A stretch of 64,000 nucleotides of DNA from Gemmatimonadales bacterium (GCA_035699205.1 DASSBA010000222.1:33988-97987), one strand, 5' to 3'. Numbered from the stretch's first letter, positions 52,886 through 61,133 are shown. Numbers and translations: made by a program. Notes: generated by a model from the sequence alone, not told the origin.

Positions 52886-53679
52886 AACCCGGTGGGATGG
52901 TCGTGGAACTCCCAGTCGAGGCCGAATCGCTCGGCGACATGGGAGGCGAGCGCCTGGACGCCCAGCGTCTCGGTGGCGTAGTGCCCGGCGAAGATGACGT
53001 TGAGGCCCCACTCCATCGCGTCGAAGTAGGTGTAGTGCGCGCCCTCGCCCGTGATGAAGGTGTCGAGGCCCGCATCGCGCGCGGCGCCGATCATGCCGCC
53101 CGCTCCGCCGGTGATGATACCGATGCGCGCCACACGTTCGGGGCCGCCTTCGATCAGCCGGGCGCCCGGCTGGAGGGTACCGAGCGCGTGGTTCACATCG
53201 GCCAGCAGCACGTCCCGCGGCACCAGGCGCGCGGGTGCGTGGCCCCACACACCGATCGGTACGCCCTTGTAGTCGCCGAACCAACCCTCGACCGCGAGCC
53301 CCAGCCGCTCCGCGAGCACGACATTGTTGCCGACGGCCGGGTGCAGATCGAGCGGGATGTGCGCGGAGTAGAGCGCGATGTCGTGCTCCAGCAGCGCCGC
53401 CACTCGCCGGTACCGGCGGCCCGTGAGAGGGACGTTGCCGTCCCAGAACAGACCGTGATGCACGAGCACGAGCGGCGGAGCGTCGTCCTCGCCGGAACGA
53501 TTCGCGAGGACGCCGTCGATGGTCGCCTGCGATGCGTCCACCGCCGCGACGATCCCGCCGATCAGGCCCCGGTTCTCCACCTGCAGGCCGTTGACCGCAT
53601 TGCGCTCGTCGGGGATCTCGCGCACGCGCAGGTAGCCGTCCAGGTACTCGACGATCTCGGACAGCGGAACGGCGGTCAC
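52882..53679 (-). CDS. Nif3-like dinuclear metal centre protein (YbgI/YqfO family)
   Basis: NGLQVEN, LVLVHHGLFW, and a C-terminal GHYATE are typical of NIF3. GTG 53679 is preferred (GGGAGGG upstream); GTG 53706 is the alternative. Confidence 0.8.
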   Translation of the reverse strand: MTAVPLSEIVEYLDGYLRVREIPDERNAVNGLQVENRGLIGGIVAAVDASQATIDGVLANRSGEDDAPPLVLVHHGLFWDGNVPLTGRRYRRVAALLEHDIALYSAHIPLDLHPAVGNNVVLAERLGLAVEGWFGDYKGVPIGVWGHAPARLVPRDVLLADVNHALGTLQPGARLIEGGPERVARIGIITGGAGGMIGAARDAGLDTFITGEGAHYTYFDAMEWGLNVIFAGHYATETLGVQALASHVAERFGLDWEFHDHPTGL

Positions 53680-53699
53680 GTTGGTGCCACCCTCCCGCT

Positions 53700-54800
53700 T
53701 CACCACGGAGGCACGGCGGGCGCGGCGAACGCAACGGATTTCCGGTTGTCTCCGTGTACCTCCGTGCCTCCGTGCCTCCGTGGTGAAGCGGACCCCGGCG
53801 AATTCCCCGATGCCTGCATGGACGCGGGTCGCGGCGCCGCGACCAGCGTCCCCGCCGCGATCGAGTCCGACGCGGCCCGCACCCGCGCCGCGAGCGCGCC
53901 CGGCACCAGCCTTCCGAGCCCCGGGTTGGGCTCGTAGCGGACGACACCGCTCGAGAGCCCGAATGCTTCTACTTTCGGCGTGAACGTGCCCTGTTTCACC
54001 TCCTGCGCCACGAGCAGGAATGCCCGCGGCAGGTCGATGACCGCGTTTCCGAGGACGTGGTCCGGCGCCAGCGACGACTGGTCCGCGTTGGCGCCGAACA
54101 CATACACCCCTGGCGACTCCTTGGCTGCCTGGAAGACGCCGAGCGCGGCGGCATCGGCGTTGTGATGGAGCATGTCGGCGCCGATCCGGATCAGGGCCAG
54201 CGCCGCCTCGCGGCCGGCCGCGGCATCGTCGAAGCTGTTGAGATAGATCTTCCGGCTCTCGACTCGGGGATTCACCGCCTTGGCGCCGTTCACCCAGCCT
54301 TCGTACGCAGCCTCGATCGGCGGCAGCTCGATCCCGCCCACGAAGCCCAGCACGTTGCTGCGCGTGAGCCCTCCCGCCACCATGCCGGCCAGGTAACTCG
54401 CTTCCTCCAACCGGAAAATCAGGGGCGCCACGTTGCCGTGCGCCCGCGAGCCGGACGTGACGATGAACACCGTCCCTGGGTATTCCGCCGAGACCCGCTC
54501 CGCGGCGCCCTGGAATTCGAACCCATGGGCGAAGACCAGCTCATAGCCCTGCGCTGCGTAGGTCCGGAGCGCCTCATCCTGCTCGGCCGGCGTGCGTGCT
54601 TCGACGTGGCTGATGGCAAGGCCGAGCGAGTCGTGAATCCGTTGGAGTCCGGCGAACGCACCCGAGTTCCAGGCCGCATCGGCGACGCTCCCGGGCGTGA
54701 TGAGGCCAACGCGAATTCCTGCCACGGCGGCAGGCTTCGCGCACCCGACGAGCAACACCATGGCGACAGCATGGAGCCAGCTAGCAGGCAACGCGCTCAT
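53700..54800 (-). CDS. BMP-family (PnrA/Med-like) ABC substrate-binding lipoprotein
   Basis: ATG 54800. Lipobox LLVGC. Contains GLITPGSVADAAWN, FGANADQ. The last ~45 codons run through the repeat element at 53701-53785. Confidence 0.85.
   Translation of the reverse strand: MSALPASWLHAVAMVLLVGCAKPAAVAGIRVGLITPGSVADAAWNSGAFAGLQRIHDSLGLAISHVEARTPAEQDEALRTYAAQGYELVFAHGFEFQGAAERVSAEYPGTVFIVTSGSRAHGNVAPLIFRLEEASYLAGMVAGGLTRSNVLGFVGGIELPPIEAAYEGWVNGAKAVNPRVESRKIYLNSFDDAAAGREAALALIRIGADMLHHNADAAALGVFQAAKESPGVYVFGANADQSSLAPDHVLGNAVIDLPRAFLLVAQEVKQGTFTPKVEAFGLSSGVVRYEPNPGLGRLVPGALAARVRAASDSIAAGTLVAAPRPASMQASGNSPGSASPRRHGGTEVHGDNRKSVAFAAPAVPPW
53701..53785. repeat. hairpin with perfect 16-bp stem and CTCCGTGC octamer array
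   Basis: caccacggaggcacgg (53701-53716) is the exact reverse complement of ccgtgcctccgtggtg (53770-53785). The right arm is part of about four tandem ctccgtgN units (53748-53783). Confidence 0.8.
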
Positions 54801-54823
54801 TTTCCACAACTTAGGCTGGCTTA

Positions 54824-55243
54824 TCAACTCTTGTGGGAATCCTCTGCCGCCGTTCCGGCACCGGGGTCCATTTTCACTTCCCCGCTCACCTTGGCACCCT
54901 CGACCACGGCGATGCGGGGCGTGTGAATGTCCCCCGCCACGACGGCCGTCGCTTGGAGCTCGACCCGCTCGCGGGCGATGATGGCACCGCTCACCTGGCC
55001 GGCGACCACCGCCTCCTGGGTGTGCAGATCGCCCTCGATCACGGCGCCGGCCGCGACCAGGACCTGGCCGCCGACGCGCACCGTCCCGCGGACGCGACCC
55101 TCGACCCGGACCACGCCCTCGGTCTCCAGATCTCCGATCACGGTCATGTCGGCCGCGATGATCGAAAAGGGGATCTGGTCGGTGCGTCGGCGGCGGAGCT
55201 CGTTCCCCTCTTCGTCCCGCGCCGGGTTGGTGAAGAACCCCAT
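54824..55243 (-). CDS. bactofilin family cytoskeletal protein
   Basis: 139 aa. A repetitive beta-helix pattern (VIGDLETEGVVRVEGRVRGTVRVGG...) with AAGGAG upstream. Confidence 0.85.
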   Translation of the reverse strand: MGFFTNPARDEEGNELRRRRTDQIPFSIIAADMTVIGDLETEGVVRVEGRVRGTVRVGGQVLVAAGAVIEGDLHTQEAVVAGQVSGAIIARERVELQATAVVAGDIHTPRIAVVEGAKVSGEVKMDPGAGTAAEDSHKS

Positions 55244-56037
55244 CAGTTACTCTCCTTGATCATGGTTCGCGGATCGACCGAGACCCCCTTCTGCCGGATC
55301 TCGAAGTGCAGGTGCGGCGCGGTCGAGCGCCCGGTGTTGCCGCTGAGGCCGATCACCTGGCCGGGCGCGACCGATGCGCCCGGCGCCACCAGAATGCGGG
55401 AGAGATGGCCGTACATCGTCTGGTAATTGTCCGGGTGGTCGAGCAGCACGAACGAGCCGTACTCGGGATCCTCGCCGAGCTGGCGGACGGTCCCACCGCC
55501 GGACGCGCGGACGATGCTTCCGACCGCGACCGCGATATCGAGCCCCGGATGTGCCTCGTCGCTGGTTCCGGTCCCGACCTGCCCGCGGGTGATGTACCCT
55601 GGCTCGTCGAGCGGCCAGCGACGCGGGATCGAGAGCCCTACCGAGGGGCCGCGAGGCGCGTCCGCCACTCGGGCCTGGACCGAGGGAGCGACCGGCAGCG
55701 CTTCCCCGAGCGTCAGCGGGTCGCGCACGATATCCCCACCGATCATTTGACGCACCTGTGCATACCGTGACTCGACGCTGTCGAGAGCCGCGCTGAGCTG
55801 GCGCACCTTCGCATTGTCCGCCTCCAGCCGGGCGACGTCGTGCTCCAGTCCGGGCACCCGCGCCGCGGCGCGAACCAGTGGCGCATACAGCGCCGCGGAT
55901 ACCACGACCCCGACGACGGCAGTCCCCATGAAGCCGACCGCGGCCCGGAGCATCCAGTGCGGCACCCGGTATGTCTGCGACCGGGTGGCGCCGTCCGGCT
56001 GGACGACGATCGTCACCGCGCGGGCCGCGCGCTTCAT
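55243..56037 (-). CDS. M23 (LytM) family metallopeptidase
   Basis: N-terminal TM helix plus coiled coil. Contains HPGLDIA and HLHFEI metal-ligand motifs. ATGA overlap with parB. Confidence 0.85.
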   Translation of the reverse strand: MKRAARAVTIVVQPDGATRSQTYRVPHWMLRAAVGFMGTAVVGVVVSAALYAPLVRAAARVPGLEHDVARLEADNAKVRQLSAALDSVESRYAQVRQMIGGDIVRDPLTLGEALPVAPSVQARVADAPRGPSVGLSIPRRWPLDEPGYITRGQVGTGTSDEAHPGLDIAVAVGSIVRASGGGTVRQLGEDPEYGSFVLLDHPDNYQTMYGHLSRILVAPGASVAPGQVIGLSGNTGRSTAPHLHFEIRQKGVSVDPRTMIKESN

Positions 56038-56933
56038 CCCTGAAAGGGCCGGCCGAGGATCAGCTCGAGAAGGCGGGCGAGATCGTCGTTGGAGTAGTAG
56101 CTGACGGTGAGAAAGCCGCGCCCGCGACGCCGGGTCGTGAGCCGCACATCGGTGCCGAAGTGCTTGCGGAGTGCGTCCTCGACGCGGCGCGCGTCGGCGG
56201 CAACGGCGCGCTGGGCAGGCCGGGCGCGCTTCGGGGCGGGTGCGCCTTCGGGGGATCCGCCGGCAGGGCCATCCCCCCGGACGCGCGCCTCGATCTCCCG
56301 CACCGACCAGCCCTCGTCCACCGCTTGGCGGGCCAGGCTGATCATCGCCTCCGACTCGGCGAGCGCGAGCAGCGCACGCGCGTGGCCTTCGGAAAGCTTG
56401 CGCTCGTGCACCAGCGCCTGCACCTCCGGTGGGAGTTGCAGCAGGCGGAGCAGATTCGCGACCGTGCTCCGGTTCCGGCCGACCAGGCGCGCGATCTCCG
56501 CCTGAGGCAACTGGAACTCCGTGCCGAGTCGCTGGTAGCCTCCGGCCTCGTCGATCGGCGAAAGGTTGTCGCGCTGGAGATTCTCGATGAGCGCCAGGGT
56601 GAGAAGCGTCGGGTCATCGACGTCCTTCACGACGGCGGGGATCCTGGTCCAGCCGAGCTTGGTGGCCGCGCGCCAGCGGCGCTCGCCAGCGATGAGCTCG
56701 TAGCCGCCGTTCCGCGGGCGGACGATCACCGGCTGCAGGAGTCCGGAGGCCCGGATCGATGCCACCAGTTCGTCGAGCGGCCCCTCGTCCATCCGCGTGC
56801 GTGGCTGAAACGGATTGGGCTTGATGCTCGACATGGCAAGTTCGCGCAGGGCGCCCGACGCCTCGGCCTGCTCGCGCGACACCGGACCGAGCAGCGCCTC
56901 GAGTCCACGCCCCAGCCGCTTCGTCTCGCTCAC
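56034..56933 (-). CDS. parB: chromosome partitioning protein ParB
   Basis: GTG 56933 in a GTGA overlap. Contains KRLGRGLEALL, GERRWRAA, and the HTH segment EIARLVGRNRSTVANLLRLL. Confidence 0.9.
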   Translation of the reverse strand: MSETKRLGRGLEALLGPVSREQAEASGALRELAMSSIKPNPFQPRTRMDEGPLDELVASIRASGLLQPVIVRPRNGGYELIAGERRWRAATKLGWTRIPAVVKDVDDPTLLTLALIENLQRDNLSPIDEAGGYQRLGTEFQLPQAEIARLVGRNRSTVANLLRLLQLPPEVQALVHERKLSEGHARALLALAESEAMISLARQAVDEGWSVREIEARVRGDGPAGGSPEGAPAPKRARPAQRAVAADARRVEDALRKHFGTDVRLTTRRRGRGFLTVSYYSNDDLARLLELILGRPFQG

Positions 56934-57745
56934 GTGGCCACCTCTGGCAGCGGCTCGGGGGTCTCGGAGACGGTGGCGCCCTCCAGCCGACGCATCAGCT
57001 CCTGCGCCACGGAGAGATAGCTCTTGGCGCCCACCGACTGGACGTCGTAGAGGAGGATCGGTTTGCCGAAGCTCGGCGCCTCGGCGAGGCGCACGTTCCG
57101 TGGGATCGGCGTGACGAACATCTTGCCGCCGAAGTACTCCTTGGCGTCCTCCGCCACCTGACGGCACAGGTTGAGGCGCGAGTCGTACATGGTGAGGAGC
57201 ACGCCGCTGATCGCGAGTCCGGGATTGAAGTTCTGCTGGACGAGGCGGACGGTGTTGAGCAGCTGCGAGATCCCCTCGAGTCCGTAGTACTCGCACTGAA
57301 TGGGGATGAGCACCGTGTTGGCGGCGGCGAGCACGTTGAGGGTGAGCAGGCCGAGTGAGGGTGGGCAGTCCACTACCATATAGTCGTAGTCGTCGTGCAG
57401 GGTGTCGAGCACGCTGCGGAGTGCCGACTCGCGGTTGTCGCGCTCGACCAGCTGCAGCTCGGCGCCCACCAGGTCCTGAGTCGCGGGGAGCACCGAGAGG
57501 TGGGGGAGCGCCGAGACGGGAAGGATCACCTCTCGCGGTGGCCGCCCTTCGACGATGGAGTCGTAGAGCGTGAGCTCCAGCTCGTGCTTGACGATACCAA
57601 GACCGCTCGTGGCGTTCCCCTGGGGGTCCGCGTCCACCAGCAGCGTACGTCGCTCGGCGATGGCCAGCGAGGCGGCGAGGTTGACTGCGGTCGTCGTCTT
57701 CCCGACGCCGCCCTTCTGGTTGGCGATGGCTACAATATGGGCCAT
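56930..57745 (-). CDS. parA: chromosome partitioning ATPase ParA/Soj
   Basis: 271 aa. Deviant Walker A NQKGGVGKTTT. Confidence 0.9.
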   Translation of the reverse strand: MAHIVAIANQKGGVGKTTTAVNLAASLAIAERRTLLVDADPQGNATSGLGIVKHELELTLYDSIVEGRPPREVILPVSALPHLSVLPATQDLVGAELQLVERDNRESALRSVLDTLHDDYDYMVVDCPPSLGLLTLNVLAAANTVLIPIQCEYYGLEGISQLLNTVRLVQQNFNPGLAISGVLLTMYDSRLNLCRQVAEDAKEYFGGKMFVTPIPRNVRLAEAPSFGKPILLYDVQSVGAKSYLSVAQELMRRLEGATVSETPEPLPEVAT

Positions 57746-57876
57746 GAATCCAGCCGAGCTGTAAGTTGTTTTGCGACAACGGCTTACAGTGATTCAAGCC
57801 GATTTGTCAGGCGGGCGGCGCGGGACTGCGATTGGGTCAATATAGAAGGTGAGACGTGGGGCGCCAACTGGCGAAC

Positions 57877-57892
57877 CGTTTCGCGTGAAACG
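57877..57892. promoter_or_regulatory. parS-like site (one core mismatch)
   Basis: CGTTTCGCGTGAAACG compared with the consensus TGTTNCACGTGAAACA. Confidence 0.6.
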
Positions 57893-57944
57893 GCGGCACG
57901 CTGGGGATGGAAGGCCGGCATGATCTTCGGCCAGGCTCGTTCAA

Positions 57945-57960
57945 GGTTTCACGTGAAACA
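57945..57960. promoter_or_regulatory. parS site
   Basis: GGTTTCACGTGAAACA matches 15 of 16 positions of the consensus TGTTTCACGTGAAACA. It lies 5 nt from the mnmG stop and about 200 nt upstream of parA. Confidence 0.8.
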
Positions 57961-57964
57961 CCCG

Positions 57965-59896
57965 TCAGGATGGATGTCGAAGCTTCACGACCTCCATGAC
58001 CAGGCTCTGAAGATCGCTGGGTGAGACGCCGGGCACCCGACCGGCCTGACCCAGCGATGCAGGCCGGAGTGCCGAGAGCTTTTCACGGGCCTCGAACGAC
58101 AGAGTGGCGAGGCGGCGGTAGTCCAGGTCCGGGGGGAGCACGAACGCCTCCATCTGCGAGAGGCGCGACGCCGCCGCACGCTCACGCGCGAGGTAGCCCG
58201 AATACTTCAGCTCGATGTTCGCCCACGTGGCGGTTCCCTGATCCACACACTCGCCCCCGGCCGCCAGCAGGGCACACAGCGAGGTGCCGGGACGCTTTGC
58301 CAGCTCCGCGGCCCGCTGACGCTGCCCCACCACGGAAGAACCAGCCGATTCCAGGATCACATTCGCCACCGCCGGATCGATCCAGGTGGCTTCGGCCAAT
58401 TCCAGGACTCTCTCTTCGTCTCCCAGACGCCGTTCGGCACTCCGCAGCTCGTCGTCGCTCAGCAACCCCAGCCGCTCGGCGAGCGGGAACAATCGCCGGA
58501 GTGCGTTGTCTTGCCGAAGCAGAAGTCGAAATTCGGACCGGGAGGTGAACAGCCGGTACGGCTCGTCCACGCCCCGAGTCACCAGATCGTCCACCAGCAC
58601 GCCGATCAACGCGATGTCACGCGGGAGCACCACCGATTCGCGCTCGAGCGCGCGCGCCGCCGCATTGAGCCCAGCCAGCGCGCCTTGTCCGGCCGCCTCC
58701 TCGTAACCCGTAGTGCCGTTGACCTGTCCCGCCAGGAACAGGCCCGGCGCCCCGCGGACTTCGAGCGTCGGGAGTAGCTGCGTCGGAGGGAAGTAGTCGT
58801 ACTCTATGGCATACCCTGGGCGGGTCATTCGCACCTGCTCGAGTCCGGGGACGGCACGGAGAAATTCGAGCTGAACCGCCGGAGGCAGCGACGTCGACAG
58901 ACCGTTCACGTACATCTCGGTCGTGTCGAGCCCCTCAGGTTCCAGGAATACCTGGTGCCCATCGACCTCCGGAAATTTTACGATCTTGTCTTCGATCGAC
59001 GGGCAGTACCGCGGCCCCCGCCCGCTGATCGCACCGCCATACAACGCTGACTCGTGGAGATGCCGCTGGATGATGTCACGCAGCCGGGCGTCTGACCGCG
59101 TGAGATAGCAGGGCCGCTGTTCGGGATGCTGGACCTGCGCGTGGAAGGAGAACCAGAACGGTACCTGATCCCCGTCCTGCCGCTCCAATCGCCCGACGTC
59201 CACCGAGCGGCCGTCAACTCGCGGTGGCGTACCCGTCTTGAAGCGAGCAACCGTAAGTCCAATGTATTCAAGAGCTTGCGCTATTTCTACGGCTGGGCTT
59301 TCGCCCGCCCGCCCCGCGGCGAGTTGAGTATCCAGTCCGAGGTGAATCCGGCCGCGGAGGAAGGTCCCCGCCGTCACCACCAGCGCGGACGCCTGGAATC
59401 GCCGACCGTCAACGGTTCCAATCCCGCATACGCGACCCCCCTCCATGATGAGAGTCGCGGCGGTGCCTTGGGCAAATTCGAGCGCCGAGATTCGTTCCAA
59501 CGATGAACGCACCGCACGCCGGTACAGCCCGCGATCGCACTGCGCTCTCGGGGACCACACCGCCGGCCCCTTGGACCGATTGAGCATCCGGAACTGGATT
59601 CGCGCCAGATCCGTCGCGCGGCCCATGATGCCGCCCAGCGCATCCACCTCGCGAACCACGGTGCCCTTGGCGATCCCTCCGATCGCCGGGTTGCACGACA
59701 TCTGCCCGATCGTCTCGAGGTTCTGGGTCAGCAGCAGCGTACGCGCGCCGGAGCGCGCGGCCAGGGCAGCGGCCTCGGTGCCCGCATGCCCGCCGCCGAT
59801 GACGATGACGTCGTAGTGGTTGTGCTTGCGAGGAAATGTAGGGAGAAACGCGTCGAGCGAGGGACGGCGGATGTCCGGCCCCCGGCGCCGAGGCAC
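57965..59896 (-). CDS. mnmG: tRNA uridine 5-carboxymethylaminomethyl modification enzyme MnmG (GidA)
   Basis: 643 aa. Contains YDVIVIGGGHAGTEAA and is GidA-like over its full length. Confidence 0.95.
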   Translation of the reverse strand: MPRRRGPDIRRPSLDAFLPTFPRKHNHYDVIVIGGGHAGTEAAALAARSGARTLLLTQNLETIGQMSCNPAIGGIAKGTVVREVDALGGIMGRATDLARIQFRMLNRSKGPAVWSPRAQCDRGLYRRAVRSSLERISALEFAQGTAATLIMEGGRVCGIGTVDGRRFQASALVVTAGTFLRGRIHLGLDTQLAAGRAGESPAVEIAQALEYIGLTVARFKTGTPPRVDGRSVDVGRLERQDGDQVPFWFSFHAQVQHPEQRPCYLTRSDARLRDIIQRHLHESALYGGAISGRGPRYCPSIEDKIVKFPEVDGHQVFLEPEGLDTTEMYVNGLSTSLPPAVQLEFLRAVPGLEQVRMTRPGYAIEYDYFPPTQLLPTLEVRGAPGLFLAGQVNGTTGYEEAAGQGALAGLNAAARALERESVVLPRDIALIGVLVDDLVTRGVDEPYRLFTSRSEFRLLLRQDNALRRLFPLAERLGLLSDDELRSAERRLGDEERVLELAEATWIDPAVANVILESAGSSVVGQRQRAAELAKRPGTSLCALLAAGGECVDQGTATWANIELKYSGYLARERAAASRLSQMEAFVLPPDLDYRRLATLSFEAREKLSALRPASLGQAGRVPGVSPSDLQSLVMEVVKLRHPS

Positions 59897-59945
59897 GGCT
59901 CGGCGCCACGGGCCGGATTTGAAGATCAGATGTGGACCCGACGGC

Positions 59946-60242
59946 CTACCGGACCGCGTCCACCAACCGGCTGATGCTTGTCACTTCGCTCGTCGGAACC
60001 AGCAGGTCACGGAGTTCCGCGCGGATGCCGAACCGGTCGCAGCGCCGCAGGAACTCCTGCTTCGACGTGCCCTCGGCCGACGTCTCGTGCACGCCCACGT
60101 CGTGGAGGTGCACGCCTTCCTCGTCCTGGCTGTGGAACCGGCCGACGTAGGTTCGCGAACCGCGCGTCTCCACCACCACCGTGACGCCGTGCAGTTCCTG
60201 ATGTCCTGGGTGGAAGACGTGGCCCGTCACGGGCGCGTCCAC
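59946..60242 (-). CDS. hypothetical small protein
   Basis: 98 aa. GTG start 1 nt after the bacilliredoxin stop. No family recognised; a beta-rich core (VTVVVETRGSRTYVGRF) loosely suggests an Sm-like fold. Confidence 0.4.
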   Translation of the reverse strand: MDAPVTGHVFHPGHQELHGVTVVVETRGSRTYVGRFHSQDEEGVHLHDVGVHETSAEGTSKQEFLRRCDRFGIRAELRDLLVPTSEVTSISRLVDAVR

Positions 60243-60243
60243 C

Positions 60244-60672
60244 TCAGACCGTCACCGCGAAGTGGCGGTCGAAGGCGGCCGCGAGGTCCGCCGCCACGTC
60301 CTGCGGCGGGCGGCCTTCGATCTGATGCCGGTGGACGAAGTGCACGACCTCGCCGTCACGCAGCAGGGCGATCGACGGGCTGCTCGGCTGGTAATCCGCG
60401 AAATACTGCCGCGCGCGCGCCGTGGCATCGACGTCCTGCCCCGCGAACACCGTCACGACCTGCTGCGGGCGCACCCCATGCTGCAGCGCGAAGCGCAGCG
60501 CCGGCCGGGCGTTCCCGGCGGCACAGCCGCACACCGAGTTCACGAAGACGAGCATCGTGCCCTTCTGGTCGCCGAGCGCGGCATCGACCTCCGCCACGGT
60601 GGCGAGCTCACGGGCACCCATGCTGATCATCTCTTCCCGCATGGGAGCGACTAGGGCGGGCGGATACGGCAT
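60244..60672 (-). CDS. BrxA/BrxB-family bacilliredoxin (YphP/YqiW, DUF1094)
   Basis: 142 aa. VFVNSVCGCAAGNARPA with the CGC redox motif. Confidence 0.8.
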   Translation of the reverse strand: MPYPPALVAPMREEMISMGARELATVAEVDAALGDQKGTMLVFVNSVCGCAAGNARPALRFALQHGVRPQQVVTVFAGQDVDATARARQYFADYQPSSPSIALLRDGEVVHFVHRHQIEGRPPQDVAADLAAAFDRHFAVTV

Positions 60673-60686
60673 TTCGGATTACTCCT

Positions 60687-61133
60687 TCAAATGGTTGGCT
60701 GGGCGGTACCGCGATCGAGCGCGGCCTTCAACGTATGCCACGACAGGCTGGCGCACTTTACCCGAATCGGAAACTCCGATACTCCCGAGAACACTGCGAG
60801 CTTGCCCAGGGTTTCCGCGTCTCCGGGCGCGAGCGCGCCGGTCACGAGCCGGTGGAATCGGTCGAACAGCAGCGCGGCCTCCTGGCGAGTCTTTCCCTTG
60901 ACCGCACTCGTCATGAGGGAGGCGGACGCCCGGGAGATGGCGCAACCGGAGCCCTGGAAGCTCACGTCCTCGATGACGTCGCCCTTCGTCCGAATCCAGA
61001 CCGTGAGCTGGTCGCCACACAGGGGGTTGTGGCCCTCGGCGTGCCGGTCGGCGTCGGCCATGGGCCGGTAGTTCCTCGGCGACCGGTTGTGCTCGAGGAT
61101 GACGTTCTGGTACAGCTCGCTGAGGCTCGACAT
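60687..61133 (-). CDS. sufU: SUF-system zinc-dependent sulfurtransferase / scaffold SufU
   Basis: Contains NPLCGD, GSGCAIS, and RVKCASL (three conserved Cys). Confidence 0.9.
   Translation of the reverse strand: MSSLSELYQNVILEHNRSPRNYRPMADADRHAEGHNPLCGDQLTVWIRTKGDVIEDVSFQGSGCAISRASASLMTSAVKGKTRQEAALLFDRFHRLVTGALAPGDAETLGKLAVFSGVSEFPIRVKCASLSWHTLKAALDRGTAQPTI

Noticed and set aside
57746-57964. The mnmG/parA spacer considered as the replication origin (oriC).
   Set aside because: It contains parS sites but no cluster of TTATCCACA-type DnaA boxes that I could see. It has no pronounced AT-rich unwinding element and no adjacent dnaA/dnaN. It is origin-proximal at best.
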